In this document: positions 48,655 through 59,785 of the stretch, one piece after another | Numbering within the stretch: the first letter of the stretch is position 1 | Layout: the number at the start of each line of letters is the position of its first letter | Origin: Vitrella brassicaformis CCMP3155 | Taxonomy: Eukaryota; Protista; Chromerida | Length of the DNA stretch: 64,000 bases | Direction: 5' to 3' | Assembly (NCBI GenBank): GCA_001179505.1 | Contig: CDMY01000227.1 | Location: 248,001-312,000 of the forward strand | Translations under genes and position numbers: made by a program | Notes under the pieces: generated by a model | Told to the model about the DNA's origin: nothing | Seen by the model: the letters and a program-made list of their open reading frames with translations, nothing else | Database searches by the model: none

Positions 48655-51200
48655 CTAGTCCGTTTTGTCAGCCCCCTTCCCTCTCTTTCCCTGTCCTCCC
48701 ATCACCCACTGCAGAAGAAGCACCGCCGCAATGAGCACCGTCGATATGACGCACACCACACACATGTTCGACACAAAGGTTGGCTCGTCGCTGCTGGTCA
48801 AGAGGGCCGCGAGTTGCTGTGCGATGGTTGGGGGCGGTCCAAAGAGGTCTGGCGGAATGGCGAATGGTTGCCGTTCGCTGTATGCCTGGTCGGTCGCGAA
48901 CGCGTCCCAGAACTCGCAATGGTGCCGCTCGTTGACGGTGTCGCCAACCAGCTTGATGGAGCCGCGGTCGATCTCGAGTGTGGCATAGCCGTTGGCCTCC
49001 CCAGTCGTCTCCCAGACCACCCCATTGCCCATCTTGACCTCTGCCTCCCCGCGCACAAACGCCCCCAGGCCTGCCAAGTACATCCCCTCCGTCCACGCGT
49101 CGGTCTCGTCCTGGCCCATGTCTTGAAGCCGCCTGTCCTGACCCAGCTGCTGCCGTATATGGCCATGGTAGCGCCAGTCGATGCCGTGCATGGCCCCCAG
49201 TGGGTTGCCGGGGGGGAGGATAGTGCGCCACAGAGAGGTGTACACGGGGACACGCCGCTTGGAGAGCTCCATGGCAAGGCGCCTGCAGCCATACATTCAG
49301 GCCGGGTATGGTGCTCACTCTGTGTGTCCAACCTGTTGGGGCAGCTAAACATTGCGTCTCCCGCGTAGGCATTCGCCATGGCCAGCGGGTCCCTCTCGCG
49401 AAGAACGCTCTCATACTCATGGAGGATCTTGGTCGCCTGCGCGCACACACGGCACCACACGGCACAAACCACTATGCGTGCCGTCGATGAGCCACTCATG
49501 AATGCATAGCTATCTGTGCATTTCGTCGTGTTTGACACCTTATCGCGTCCGAAGCTGTTGGCGACGAATCGTCGGGTCTGTTCGGCTGTGGCGTTGGCGA
49601 GCTTCTGCCACTCGGTGTGGCCGACGAATTGGAGCAGAAGCGGGTACTCGTCGTCGGCTGTGCTGATGATGACCGGCTTCTTCTGGAAACCACCCTGTGT
49701 CCACACATACGCACAGCATAGACCCACACGAATGCACCCACTGGCTGGACAGAAGGAGGCCGCTGCACACACCGACCGGCCGACCTGTTTGGCGAGAGTG
49801 ATGAGGTTGGCGTGTGTGACGATGTTATTGTCGACCACCGGGCAGCTCTCCACGGCGTACGATGCCATCTGCACGTCGCGACCACTCACAAGCGGGCAGA
49901 AGGGCATCGGTGGCTGCACCGCCGTCAGCTGAACAAGCAAAGAAGACAGACAAGTAGAGGCGACACTCACTAAACCGCATCCAGCCATCCAGCATCCCTC
50001 CGCCTCCCACACTCACATTTGACCAGTGGACGTTTCTCATCTCCTCCATATTCTTGGCGGCCACGGCCCGCTGCAGCCTCTCCCCTCTGCGCTTGTAGGC
50101 CTCTTCCATCGAGGCCTCCTCGATTATGGGGGCTGAGCTGATGATGGCGCGATGAAAGAGCGGCTCGCTGAGTGGCCACACGAGGTGGTGCAGCACCGAC
50201 TGGCCGCCAGCCGATAAGCCGTAGAGCGTCACGCGGGAAGGATCGCCGCCAAAGGAACGGATGTTGGTCTGCAATGGGTGGCAGGAAGCAGCATGCGGCA
50301 ACATGCGCTTGAAGTGTGTGTGTCTGTGTGTCTGGGTGTCTGGGTGTCTGGGTGTCTGGGTGTATGTGCTGGTCTCGCTCGACCCACCTGGACCCACTGC
50401 AGTGCCATCTTCTGGTCGAGTAGCATGAAGTTGGTCGTTTCGCCGATCGACGGATGCGCGAGCCAGCCCAGCGCACCGAGTCTGTAGTTGATGGACACCG
50501 CCACTAGCCGCTGGTCCGCCACCAGGCCAACCGGGTGCCAGAAGGGCTCTGTCACACCACTCCCAAAGGCAAACGCTGGGAACCACACATCACACACACC
50601 GAAAAGTGGCACGGGTGCAGATGATCTATCTGTCCACCGTCTGCATGGCATGGCCAGTGCTGCACTGCACCAGTGTAGCTACTCACCGCCGCCGTGTATG
50701 ATAAAGAAGACGGGGAGGAGTTCATCTGGCTGCTGAGTCGGTGGTGCCGACGGCGTCCACACGTTGAGTTGGAGGCAGTCCTCGCTCATTCCTGCAGGTT
50801 CGGCCGCCGTATGCGGCCGCATCCGCTCTATCATCGGGCATGACTTCCCCCTGCCGCGCCCGTCATACGCACTGCTCCACGGAGGATGAGGCTGCATGAA
50901 TGAATGAAGCACCAAAACATAGAAAGCAGGAGCACCAATCAGATCTGCAATGCCTGGACTCTCTGCTGTGTCTGCTCTGTCTGTCTGTTGTGTGTGCACC
51001 TCAGGCGGCCTCCATCTCCTCAGACCGACGGGCGGGAGAGCATATGGGATGGCCTCAAAGACGTGCAGAGAGGCGTCTGCAGCAACGGGGTGACCGACGA
51101 TGGGGCCTGCAGGGGCATCGATGACCACTTCCTGGCATCTCGCTGGGAAGACAATGAATGCGAGAAGGAAGGCTCCGTACTCAAGGGCCGAAGATCTCAT
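48655..51200 (-). CDS. Type-B carboxylesterase (cholinesterase-like alpha/beta hydrolase) with a signal peptide and a C-terminal TM helix; multi-exon
   Basis: [86 protein letters not shown] (catalytic Ser); GAMHG (His); TM MCVVCVISTVLIAAVLLLQWVM followed by a basic tail. Confidence 0.92.
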
Positions 51201-51376
51201 TGTCGTGATGCGAGATCTGTGGGCGTTGCATGCATCTCAGGGTCCGGCTACAGCGTGGTTTGCTTGTCTCTGCTCGTCCCCTCACCACGAGGTCGTCGTA
51301 GGTAGTGCCGACGACGAGGTGCCCCCGAGGCGGCGGCTTAGGAAAAATACATCTCGTGGAAGGTTGAATTGCGACC

Positions 51377-51408
51377 GCGAGCTTGGCTTTAGGCTCGCAT
51401 GCGAGCTT
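51377..51408. promoter_or_regulatory. Two GCGAGCTT motifs, including the palindrome GCTCGCATGCGAGC, upstream of the carboxylesterase
   Basis: Motifs at 51377-51384 and 51401-51408; palindrome at 51393-51406. Confidence 0.4.
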
Positions 51409-52125
51409 TTGGATGGTGGCGATTTTTTCCGGAGGGAGGAGAGCTCAGAATACACCAGCGATAACGGTAGTATGTGTGAGCAGCTCACACATGAAAGTCA
51501 GAGAAGCACGAAACTAAAGAACATTCCAATTGGAACATTCGTTGCAAGCATCGTTGTGTTCGGTGGTTATGTGCTGTCAGAGTGTAGAGGAGCTTTGAAG
51601 CATGCGAGGAGAGAGCAGGGCAGCTTGAAAAAGGCGCAAAAACGCTTCCATAAATGAACACAGGTGGGCAGCAGAGAGGCCAGGCAGCAGGACGCATCAT
51701 GCAGAGAGCAAAAGCACGATGCGTCAGTACGTAGTGTGTGTTCACTGTGGAGGTGGTGTGTGTGTGTGTGTGTGTGTGTCCGTGCAGTCAGTCTTCTTCA
51801 ATCTCAGTTTCTGCAGCAGGGGAAAGCGGCAGGCTGAACAAGGCAGGCAAGACGAAAGGTCGGCTGCCTACGAGAGGTCGGCTGTCTAGGGTTTACAGCG
51901 CGAGCCCGTCGGGATACGTGCCCGTGTGTGACCGGTTGACAAAACCTCGCGATAGAGCATGAAACATGCGGTCAGACAAGTATGAATCAAAAAAGCATGC
52001 AGACACGACAGGCCTTCTGAGGCGAGGAGGAAGAGGATATATACAGGTGAAAAGCACAGGGCACAGAGAAGCACGTCGGTGCATGCATTTGTGTGTGTGT
52101 GTGTGTGTGTGTGTGTACTCTACTC

Positions 52126-52389
52126 AGTGATGGTGGCGAGTGCGCTGCTGAAAGCACTGCTGGCCGCTGAAGGCGCACTTGGCACTGAATTGCTGTGAGT
52201 GAACAAGGTAGGAAGGAAGGAAATGGGATGGATGCGTGATTGTGCTCGTGTGCGTGACTGTATGTATGTGCAGAGCTTACGCCTTGATGATTTCGTATTT
52301 GACGATGTGTGGTTCGTTGCAGGTGACGTACGGGCAGTGAGTGTGGTACACCTGGGCATCTCCCCATCTGCCGTAGAGTGTCTCGTCGC
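52126..52389 (-). CDS. Orphan exon pair of an unresolved minus-strand gene (contains RWGDA)
   Basis: Polypyrimidine acceptor; C-ending codons reading DETLYGRWGDAQVYHTHCPYVTCNEPHIVKYEIIKA; GTAAG donor; a further acceptor downstream. No consistent upstream exons found. Confidence 0.3.
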
Positions 52390-52514
52390 TGGGGAGTGGG
52401 GAGAAAAGGATAGAGTGAGAAGAGGAATACAGAAGGAGACCAACGCCCGCCGGTGTCCAAGCCAACCAGCTCGCCGGCGTTGCGATGCGGGCCCGCCTGC
52501 CTGCGCGCAGGCAG

Positions 52515-53340
52515 GCAGCTGACTGACAATCAGCAATTGCACATTGTCGACCGGGTGCAGAACAAGCGGTATGATGCCGTCACACTCTTCGACGTGCGCC
52601 CTCCAGAGCTTCACTTCATCGACAGCGTTGAGGAATACGTCAAGTGGGCTCTGCTGCACTGCCGCACGAAGTCGAGCCCGTCACGGCATTCTTTGAATGT
52701 TTGCTGGCGTCTGCAGGTGGTGCGCCGTCACTTCGTCGATCAGGACACAAATCAAGCAAGGCCTCTAAGAGGACGTTGCGGTTTTCCCCCTGCTGGATGG
52801 CGCACTGAGTGGGGTGAAAATTCGTCGGCGCTACCTGCGGCATGTGGCCGTCACCGCCCACGAGCGGTTCCCAGCGCAGATTGTCCAGGATGGGGTGCAG
52901 CTGCTGCACCACGTCCTTTACGAGCTCATCGAGCCCCTGGCAGCACTGGACGTGCAGTACGGTGACGCCCTTCCTGAAGCCACCAAGAATCCTGTCACTA
53001 CAACTCAGCGTTCTCCCACCGTTTCGTCGAGTACGGCAAGCGGTCTTTCAGCAAGTTCGGCCAGCGGCTGGATACGATTGTCGCCATATCGCATGTGGCA
53101 CCCATGAATACGGGGCGTTTCCTCTATGTCCTTCTCATGCTGGGCCGGTTCGTCTGCGAGAAGGACCTGTTCTTTGACGGCAGCCTGCAGGAGGCCTTCT
53201 ACCGTGCCCGGCTCGTCACAATCCAGCCCCCGACCCGAGGCAGACGCCCTCGCCATCGCTCGCCGGTACACGATGGAGGTGCTGCGCTTCGAGCCCGCCA
53301 GCACCAACTGAGTCGACTGGACAGCTGCAAGAAGCACACA
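52515..53340 (+). mobile_element. Decayed coding remnant resembling the inter-domain region of large Helitron-like Rep/PIF1 helicase proteins
   Basis: Protein-like text continues across an intron (52644-52716), an in-frame TAA (52766-52768), two frameshifts (about 52990 and about 53230) and a TGA (53309-53311). Family attribution is from memory. Confidence 0.45.
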
Positions 53341-54431
53341 AGCCCTGTGTGTGTCTGTGTGTGCGGATGTCTCTCTCTTCTGTCCTTACAGCACATTCTG
53401 TCGCTCCCTGCAGTCTGCCGCCGCCGCTATCAGTGATGTCCTTTTGCGCAACACTATCGCCTACCCCGGCAGGCCACTGGTACGGCATAGGACACACCTG
53501 CAATAGTCCCAGCCGGCCCCACACCCCCCGATGACCAGAGGGGGGTGTGGTGGCCGGCTGGCTGGTTGCGTAGTGCACGAGAGTGCGTCGCTCACTTCCT
53601 CCTTGTTCTTCTCGCGTGTGTCCCACCCTAAGATCGACACGACGACGCTGGGGCTGGCGAGGTCCGAGGCGGTGCAGGCCGCCATAGATGCGCGACGCAA
53701 TCGGCTTCTCGACTTCTCGACTTCTTCGAGACACATTTTATACGGCGGCCTTGCTGGCTACGCACGACACACGAAAATGGGTGGTGTTCTGTTCTCTCGG
53801 TCTCTCTTTCTCTCCCTCTCTCTCTTTCTCTCTCTCTCGGCTTGTCACTAACAGTTGTGTCGCATGCTCGTGCCTGTCCTCTATGTTAGCGGGCGACTGT
53901 ATGTGCCACGGCAATAAATGTCAATGGGGTGTGCGTTAACCTCCGTTAACTGATGATGTGCGTTGCAATGATCGTACCCGGTCTGGCCCGAGACAAAGGG
54001 CACAAAGTCCAGCCCCTTTCTTCCACGCGAAACGCACCCAAACCCAACACCTCGAGATCCCCTTCCTCGGTGAGAAAGAGAGACCGGTTTCACGCAACCC
54101 GAAAGCCTGAGAACTGGCTTGTCGACCGGTGGCTGAACTGGGTATTTCTGGCTCATTCTGATCTGTCCTTGCTCTGCCTCACTGCCTGGGTGTGAAAACA
54201 AACTCAAACAAACCGCGACGATTGTCCGCAGCAATAGGTCCGCAGCGTTTGGGTCAGAAGGTGCGCTCGCCGTCTACCTCTGCCATCGTTACGTCTACAC
54301 CGCTGCTCAAGCTGCAGAGCAAGATACCCAGCCACTTTCCGCCTGGACCGGCCCTTAACGCCGCCCGCCTGAATAGCAATCATCGTGTGACACTGTGACT
54401 GAGTGAGCGACGAGCGAAGGGTACAAGCAAG

Positions 54432-56495
54432 ATGGTGCTGACGGCGCCCCCCCAGACGTACCAGACGCTGACTGATATCGGCGTTAAGAAGAGCCACCTG
54501 CGCTCCGACCAGCTCATCCTCCAGGGCTTCATGGCCGGCATCTACATCGGATTCGGTGGACACGTCGCTATCATATTCGCGTAAGTCGGTGGCGTGGGCG
54601 AGCACACGGGAAGACGGAAACACACCAACCACTCATTCCGATGCGTTCGTTCAGTGGTGGGATGAACCCGGGCACGTCGGAGGGCGTGCGGAAGTTCGTG
54701 CTGGCGGCGATGTTTCCGACTGGCCTGATAGCGGTCATCCTGACGGGCGCGGAGCTGTTCACGGGCAACACCATGACCATGTTTAGCGCCTATCTGGCCA
54801 AACGGGTCCCACTCAAGGAGGTCGGCAGGAACTGGGGCGTCTCCTGCCTCGGTAAGTTAGTGCGTCAGTCACCTGACTGACTGACACGCCACACATATAT
54901 ACTAGGTGTCCGTGTGGAGATCTCGATGTGTGTGTGTGTGTGCGCGCGCGCGTGTGTGTGTTTGGTTGGTCAACAGGCAACCTGATTGGGTGTATGTTTG
55001 CGGCGGCGTTCTTGTCCTACTTCACGGATCTGTTTCAAGGCGACACCAAGGACTACATCATTGGCTTGGCCGTGAAGAAGGTGTCGATGGACTGGTACGT
55101 GGCCTTCCTTAAGGCCATCGGGTGCAACACCCTCGTCTGCCTCGCCGTCTGGCAGGTATGTGCCTGTGGATGGATGGACACACGCACATGCCTTCTCCCG
55201 CCCAGCCACCCACCTCACGTGGGGTGTGTCTCTGTGTGTGTGTGTGTGTGTGTGTATGGTGAGTGCAGGCTGTCGCGGCAGACGATGCGGCCGGCAAGGC
55301 CATCGTGATATGGTTTCCCATCGCCACCTTTGTTCTCAGCGGCTTCGAGCACTCCGTCGCCAACATGTACTTCATACCTGTCGGTGAGCCACACACACAC
55401 ACACAACCCACGCACAGACACCTCATGTGCCGTTTGTTTGTTGGTTCTCTCTCCGGTATCTATTTCTCTTTCAGGGATGATGTACGGTGCTAAAATCGCA
55501 GTGTGGGAGTGCATCGTTTACAACTGGATCCCCGTGCTTCTCGGCAACGTGGTGGGAGGGGTGCTGTTCCAGGGCGCCGTCTACTGGTACGAGTACCACC
55601 CGCGGTCGCAGCGATTCGACCTCGACGCATGCACCGACACCCAGCTGATACACCAGCTCAGGAAACGACTCTCGCACGAACACCTGGTAAACAAAACAGA
55701 CCCACGCAGCGCAGCGCAGCAACCCACTCACTGGCTGACTCACCCACACACACAGACGGGAGACGAGCCGACAGGCGACACAGCGGCTGACAGCCCCAAG
55801 ACGGGCACCAACACAGGCGTCATCGTGCGAGAGACCACCCCGGCTACCATGCACAACTCCCAGGCCCCCCTTACCACTGTGACGGTGGTACAAGACGGCC
55901 GCCAGACCACGATGGGCGAGGAGAACTGCGGCACGGGCGGCGTCGGCAGCGATCTCGAGGTCGCTGGAACCGTGCCCGTCGGCAAGACCGACGTCGGTTC
56001 ACACCTCGCCAGACCGGTGAGCTGAGCTGAGCTGAGCTGCCTGACCCCCCACACGTCCGTCCACGTCTGTGTACTGTCCATCTGTATGTATGTCACTCGC
56101 TTTTGCAGCCGAGCGACGCCACGACTTCCCGCCGCATGAACCTGTCGTTCCCCAAGGCGGCGACCGACTCGTCGTTCCAGCTGCCCGAGGATGACCCCAG
56201 CAACCGGTCTGGTGGGGGCGTCGCCGACCCCTCCCGGCCCCTACTCGTGCCCTCGGAGCACGGCGACGCCGGCTCGGCGGAGGAGCTGGTGCGCGGCTCG
56301 CAGATGCAGCAGCGCGGCCGCGATGCCACGGACAAGTCCGAGTGCGGCGCGTCGAGCAGCGCCACCGAGATCATCGACCACATCCGTGCGATGCATTTGG
56401 ACAAGGGCGAGGCGCAGGAGGTGGTGGCGAGGGAGGTGAGCCTGGAGGCGCGCGACGCTGAGAAGATGGTCAAGGTCGCACGCAAGTATGTGTGA
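54432..56495 (+). CDS. Formate-nitrite transporter (FNT) family monocarboxylate/H+ channel with a long hydrophilic C-tail; multi-exon
   Basis: [11 protein letters not shown]; [21 protein letters not shown]; LGNLIGC; [16 protein letters not shown]; [17 protein letters not shown] (conserved His); [11 protein letters not shown]. The exact 3' end is uncertain. Confidence 0.94.
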
Positions 56496-58742
56496 CCTCA
56501 CCGACACACCGTGGGGCCGTGCCGTGGGGCCGTGCCGTGGGGCGGATGGGATGGCAGGCAGTAATTCGCTGAAGGTCTGGTGGGGGTTAGGTTGTCTGGG
56601 GCACCACGGGGGTGGGCTGGCTGCGTTTTGTTTCATTGTATGTATGGGGGTGGGTGCCTGGGAAGAATGAATGATGGATCGTCGAGTGCTTTTGAAGGTG
56701 AAGGAGGAAGACCTGACAGATGACGATCCGCCCGCCATTATCCTTTGAACGAACAGAGAGCGGGGGCTGTGCGTGCTGTATGAGGGAGGACAGTCAATTG
56801 CTCGATGATGGCTTTTGTGCCTGGGTGCTGGGTTGGGATGGATGGCCGCTTACGTGCGTGAGTGCATGGTGTCGAGCGGGTGCATTTAAGTGTGTGTGTG
56901 TGTGTGTTCGCGTGTGAGTGAGTGCCACCCACATACCTACCCAAACACACACATACATGTAGATGTCATCTGATTTGGTGTGATGTGATGCCACCCGAAC
57001 AGTGCAGCCGGCCAGCAGGGCCCTGTGCGTGCGGTGCGGTGAAGAGAGACGAACGAGGTGGGGCGGTGGGCGATTTTGGGTCTGTGCGCTGGATGGATGG
57101 ATGGATGCATTTTGGCCCTCCGTTCTTTGTGTACACGCGTCTTTGTAAGAATGAATGAACCTCAAACCCTCTTTTTTGTAAGCGACGAGCCAGCAAGCCA
57201 GTTGGCGTATACAAAATACAAGTGACACCTGTGTGCTGGTCTGTCTCGTGATCGCTTCCTTCGGCTGTTGCAGCTGTTGGGTAAAGCTGGAGAGCCCCAC
57301 ATCGCCTGGGGGCTACTTTGGCTGAGCTGGCGGAGGCAGCAGCTGGAAGGAGCGACACGCAAGACCAACACGTGCACACACACACACAGACAGCGAATTC
57401 ATCTGTGCGTCCATGTGTGATAGAGACAGATAGATAGCCGAGGGCAAAGGGCCCCATGCGGTGAGGATGATGATGATGATGTTGATGGCCGGCCGTTCAT
57501 CTGCCCACGTTCATACCCACACAAATGTAGCCACACGTACACACTGACTGACTGACTGACTTCCATTGCTCTTTCCCACCCTCGCTCTACTCGCTCTACT
57601 TGCTCTCTCTGCTCAATCTAACCTGCTCGCTTGGTGTTTGTGTAGTGTCCATCCATTTATATGTGCCTTTCTGTCGATATGATGATTGATACACAAACCC
57701 ACTCACTCACACGTACACATCCACACTCGCCTGTACCTACCTACCTACCTACATACATACCCACACTACATGAATAAATAAAGGGTGTCCAGAGGAGTGG
57801 AGTGGATGACTGAACGACCGTCCCCTGCCGTGTGTTGTGTTGTGTTGTTATTGCTCCTCGTTCCCTCTTCCTTCTTGCACTCCCTCCCTCTCTTTTTGTT
57901 TCTCTCTACCTACCGTACAATGGATGGGTGGCATTGCCACGAGTGAATGCACGTGCGTGGCGCGAGCGAGACTGAAATGAATGACTGAAGGTCGCCGTCC
58001 ATTTTTGTGTATGTGGTGTGGTGTGGTGTGGTGTGGTGTTTGCCATTCAGACAATCTGGCGGCGCTGCGTAGGTGTGTAGCTTAGCTGGGGGGCTGAGCG
58101 GACGGACGGACGGACGTAGTGGACCACCTACACACACAGTGGACCACACACACTCACACCCACCCACCCCACAGCACACACACATTGGACCACCCCACAC
58201 ATCGCACTGCCTCGTGTGCATGTGTGTGTGTGTCGCCTGTCCCATACTCGAGGGCACTCGCATCCACGCCACTGGGTCCTCATAACATGGTGGGGGGTAT
58301 GTGATGCCGGTAAGTATGCGGCAAGGAAACACACGCACTGCAGTGGGCAAGTGTGAAGCGTCATAGCATTGGATGGCCTCCACTGTCGAGGGATTTCGCA
58401 TTTGTTAACGAGACGTGAAGTGGGCAAAGTCGCATTACAGGGGATGTACTGGGTCCATCCACACACGCATACGCATACACATGCACATGCGCACACACGA
58501 ACAGACACGACGTGGCTAATATTATCGGGTGTCTGTCCGTCGGTCTCATCATTGAGTCATCAGTCAATCAACCAGCTCCTACCCACACACATACACTCAC
58601 ACAGAGTGGACATGACTGACATGCAGTGTCTGTTGCCAAACACGCACATGGATTGCTTCTAAAACTGCCCGCACTTGACCCCCTCCCTCCCCTCCCCGTC
58701 CCCCTCCCTCCCTTGTGTGTCGGCGGCCGCAGCGGAAATCAT

Positions 58743-59586
58743 TCATCGCCTTCGGCTGATCACACACAAGGACACGAGGACAATGCATCGATCAGCCTGC
58801 CCATCCGGTGGGTTTGGTGCTGTGCTGTGCAGTTTGCTCACCCGCCGCGCTTCTGGTTGAATGGGACCTTGGTGAAAGCCCAGTCGACATGCACCTGCTT
58901 CTCCAGAATCTCCTTGCCGTTCATCGCTGCCATGGTATGGCCATCCAGTCCAGCAGCAATCAGTCAATCACACACATCCACACTCACTCACTCGGCGCAG
59001 GTGCGCGTGTGTGCATACATACCGTCGATGGCGGCCTTGGCCTCCTGGTACTTCTCGTACTCGATGAAGCAGTAACCCTGCACACACCACACCCGGCACA
59101 CACACACACACACACACACAGAGAGAGATACAGACGTCCATCATGGCTGAATGTTCTGTGTGCCTGCCAACAGTGACCGGCCGACCTACCTTGACGAATC
59201 CTGAGCGTCTGTCGAGGTTGAGGTGGAGGTTCTTGATGTCGCCGAACTGGTCAAAGTGCTCGTGCAGGTCCTCCTCCTGGCACTCCTCCATCAGACCCGT
59301 CACGATGACAATCCAGCCCTCGATGGCTGCGCACGCACCACACACACACCACAAAGAGAGACATCCCTCATCATCCAGTCCCTCCCTCTGCTTCACTCAG
59401 GTAGGTATCGCATCGCTCACATCTGGCGGGTCCGAATTCGTCGCTGCCTCCCTCCTGGTTGAGCGACTGGAACACGCCCGCATCTCCCTCGTATCGGTCG
59501 TCCACCTCCATGGCGTCCCTCGCGCCCCTCCCTTTGATGCGGCGGCCGCCAGACCGCATCCCTGCATCTCCTTCATCACTCTGCAT
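58743..59586 (-). CDS. RBM8A: RNA-binding protein 8A / Y14 (exon junction complex core); multi-exon
   Basis: GPARSIEGWIVIVTGL; FDQFGDIKNLHLNLDRRSGFVKGYCFIEYEKYQEAKAAIDAMNGKEILEKQVHVDWAF; RR-rich end. The start is approximate. Confidence 0.94.
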
Positions 59587-59785
59587 ACTCACTCACGGAT
59601 CTACTCACACGAAGGCCGCTAGGCAAAACCTGGGGACGTCTCGGCAACGAAGGGAAGCAGATGCGGACTCTTCTCACCACAAGCTGCTTTCTGAGCTCGC
59701 CGACCCCCGGTCTAGGACATTTCATGAAACTGTTCGCTCGCGGGTCTCGACCTTCTCTTTTCCTTCCCTCCCCTCCCCCCGGATC

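Noticed and set aside
51474-51657. Small TM-containing ORF opposite the carboxylesterase
   Set aside because: Short, AT-richer codon usage, no splice or homology support.
29980-56495. Metabolic gene cluster (CTL, ACOT, SDR, MCT, esterase, FNT)
   Set aside because: Interspersed with unrelated genes; no coherent pathway and no evidence of co-regulation.
56900-58700. Additional genes in the microsatellite-rich stretch between FNT and RBM8A
   Set aside because: The ORFs are repeat-derived (CVCVC/HTHTH) with no consistent exon chain; most likely UTR or intergenic.
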